A DNA stretch of 64,000 nucleotides from a virus: positions 32,001 to 96,000 of IMG/VR virus record IMGVR_UViG_3300036715_002535; one strand, 5' to 3'. The notes under the pieces were generated by a model. That model had not been told where the DNA came from. It saw nothing but the letters and a program-made list of their open reading frames with translations, and did no database searches. The translations under genes and the position numbers were made by a program. Position 1 is the stretch's first letter; every line of letters begins with the position of its first letter. This document shows positions 62,251-64,000 of this stretch, in pieces.

Positions 62251-64000
62251 AGAATGCGCAAATAAGACTTGCCACGGAAAGAGGTGGAATCCTGTAGCCA
62301 GGAAGGTCCTACGATGATCAGGTCTGTGCGGTTCAGGGTCTTGGCTAGTTGCTTGGGGTACTCGAGGTCATGGTTGGGCCACACATAGATGGCACGTTGT
62401 GGGGCTTTAAGCATTTGTTTTGTGGTACGGCCTGTTTGGTTCATGGTGGATCTGCGTAGAAGATCTTGCGTATGGTGCAGTTACCAAAGTCGAGGGTGCC
62501 TTCGATGAAGGTGGGTTGTCCTTCGAGGGCCACGATCAAGCAGATCTTGCCTTCACGGTAGGTGGTCCACTGTTGCAGCCTCAGGAATCGTTTAGGGTGT
62601 AGGAGATAGAAATGGCAATGGATCTGAGCCTTGAGGATGTGGAGTAGTCTTCTCATCTTACCATTCATTTTAGTGATTTCGTGATGAAAGTCTGGGTTCG
62701 AGATCATGATTCGCTCCGAGGGAAGTAACCCACTAAAGATCCTGAAAGAGACTTCTATCCCTCACATCGCTAAGGGGGCTTCGCGTGGTGGGTTCGTTGT
62801 AGCTGGGTTCCTTCTGATCCGTGATGGTCAGATGGGCAGGGTTGTCGCCTGTTATACCCCAAGGGCCTTCTTTCAGGACAGCGAACGCAGGCCACGTGCT
62901 ATTTGAGCCAGATCGAATCCAGATCGCAGTATCTCCAGGGAGAGGGGAGTTCTGAAGTAATTCGATCAAACGGTCTTTGGTCAGTACAGGGCGGTCACTC
63001 ATTCGTCCAGCTTCCTTTTTAAGGGTGTCCCAGTTCTTCACTAGATTCACCAGATGGTTGGCTTTCGCCTTTTGCTGTTCGGGACTACCATAGGTTGCGC
63101 AGCACATGCATCCACCTGACAGGAGGGCGTTACGGCAGGTGCAGTTCTAGTGGCAGGGCTGGTCAGCGAGGAGGCAGGGACAGGTCATATTTTTCCTCCC
63201 TTCGGGATCACTGCAGAGCAGGGTATTGGGCGCTCTCCATGACTCGATCAAACACTTTCCAGGCTAGACCAGGGTTCTTCTCACCTTCGAGATAGCGCTT
63301 GGCGTAGCCCAGGGCAGTACCTTTGTCTATTCTGCGTGAGGACCATCTGACTAGGGCTTCTGCGAGGGTATCTGCTGCGAGGTTCTCTGCTGGGGTCATA
63401 GTTTCACCGGAGCAGCCTTTTGATCCTCTTCGGATCCCCAAGCGGTACGCTTTACCGTTACTTCCCAGGAGCCAGCACGAGGTCCCAGCTCTAATGGAAA
63501 GACTGAGAGGGTAGCTTCGGGGTTGAGGTTCTTCACGAAGGAAACCAGAAAGTCCTTCCACTTCTGGGCGCACTCCGCGTCCATTTCAGCAACTCGTTTC
63601 AGGAAGAACTCTGGTAGCTGAGTGTTCATGTTGGCTCCTAGTAATGATAGAGGTTCCCTTGCTGGGGGGATTCTGCCTACGTGTTTGGGTTCACTTGCTT
63701 CGAAGTTCATTTTCTAGCTTCTCGACACGTTCATGGCACTGGCGAGGGACATATCGATGAACGTCAGTGCCAGAGTGGTTCCTCAATCATCCTGCCAGTT
63801 CTTCTGGAAGGCATCGAGCTCCTCCTTGGACTTGGCTACATATTCCTGAATTGTCATGTTAGTTCCAATACACTAATTGAGGTGAATTCTTGACACCACA
63901 GTAAGGGCATCGAGGTTTTCCAAAGAAAGCGAATCGATGGAAGTCTTTGTCACATCTTCCGCAACGAAGACCCCAGGTTCGGAACCATGAGATGGTCACG

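Noticed and set aside
1-64000. Stop-codon reassignment, suggested by the phage release factor
   Set aside because: Long genes are intact in code 11; TGA, TAG and TAA all end genes, and TGA often overlaps the next start

Overview
This window looks like part of a large (jumbo-type) dsDNA phage genome: densely packed, mostly small hypothetical ORFs, standard genetic code, and no recognisable capsid/tail genes, rRNA, tRNA or CRISPR. Recognisable genes are a Kelch/Ig lipoprotein, CCA-adding enzyme with HD domain, SMR transporter, DEDDh exonuclease, Mesh1/SpoT-like HD hydrolase, B12 radical SAM enzyme of the RiPP-maturation type, a release factor split by a programmed +1 frameshift, CX5R phosphatase, SWIM, DnaJ, GIY-YIG, QueC, metallophosphoesterase, two hemerythrins, a damaged ACP, FmdB zinc ribbon, an intein-containing gyrase/topo IV A subunit and an ADP-ribosyltransferase. 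Main observations: (1) about 20 copies of a palindromic sigma70-like promoter CCCTTGAC-N9-GTCAAGGG-TATATT; (2) about 10 unrelated proteins, including the ART, share an N-terminal K-L-R-I-x-A peptide, mostly behind a second promoter type GGTTA(T/C/G)AAT, a candidate virion-targeting signal; (3) an RF1-type (PxT) release factor carries an RF2-type GGAGG-NNN-CTT-TGA frameshift site; (4) a G/C-skew inversion, hairpin and repeated motif lie inside the topoisomerase gene, a candidate replication origin. All calls come from reading motifs by eye; no searches were run.
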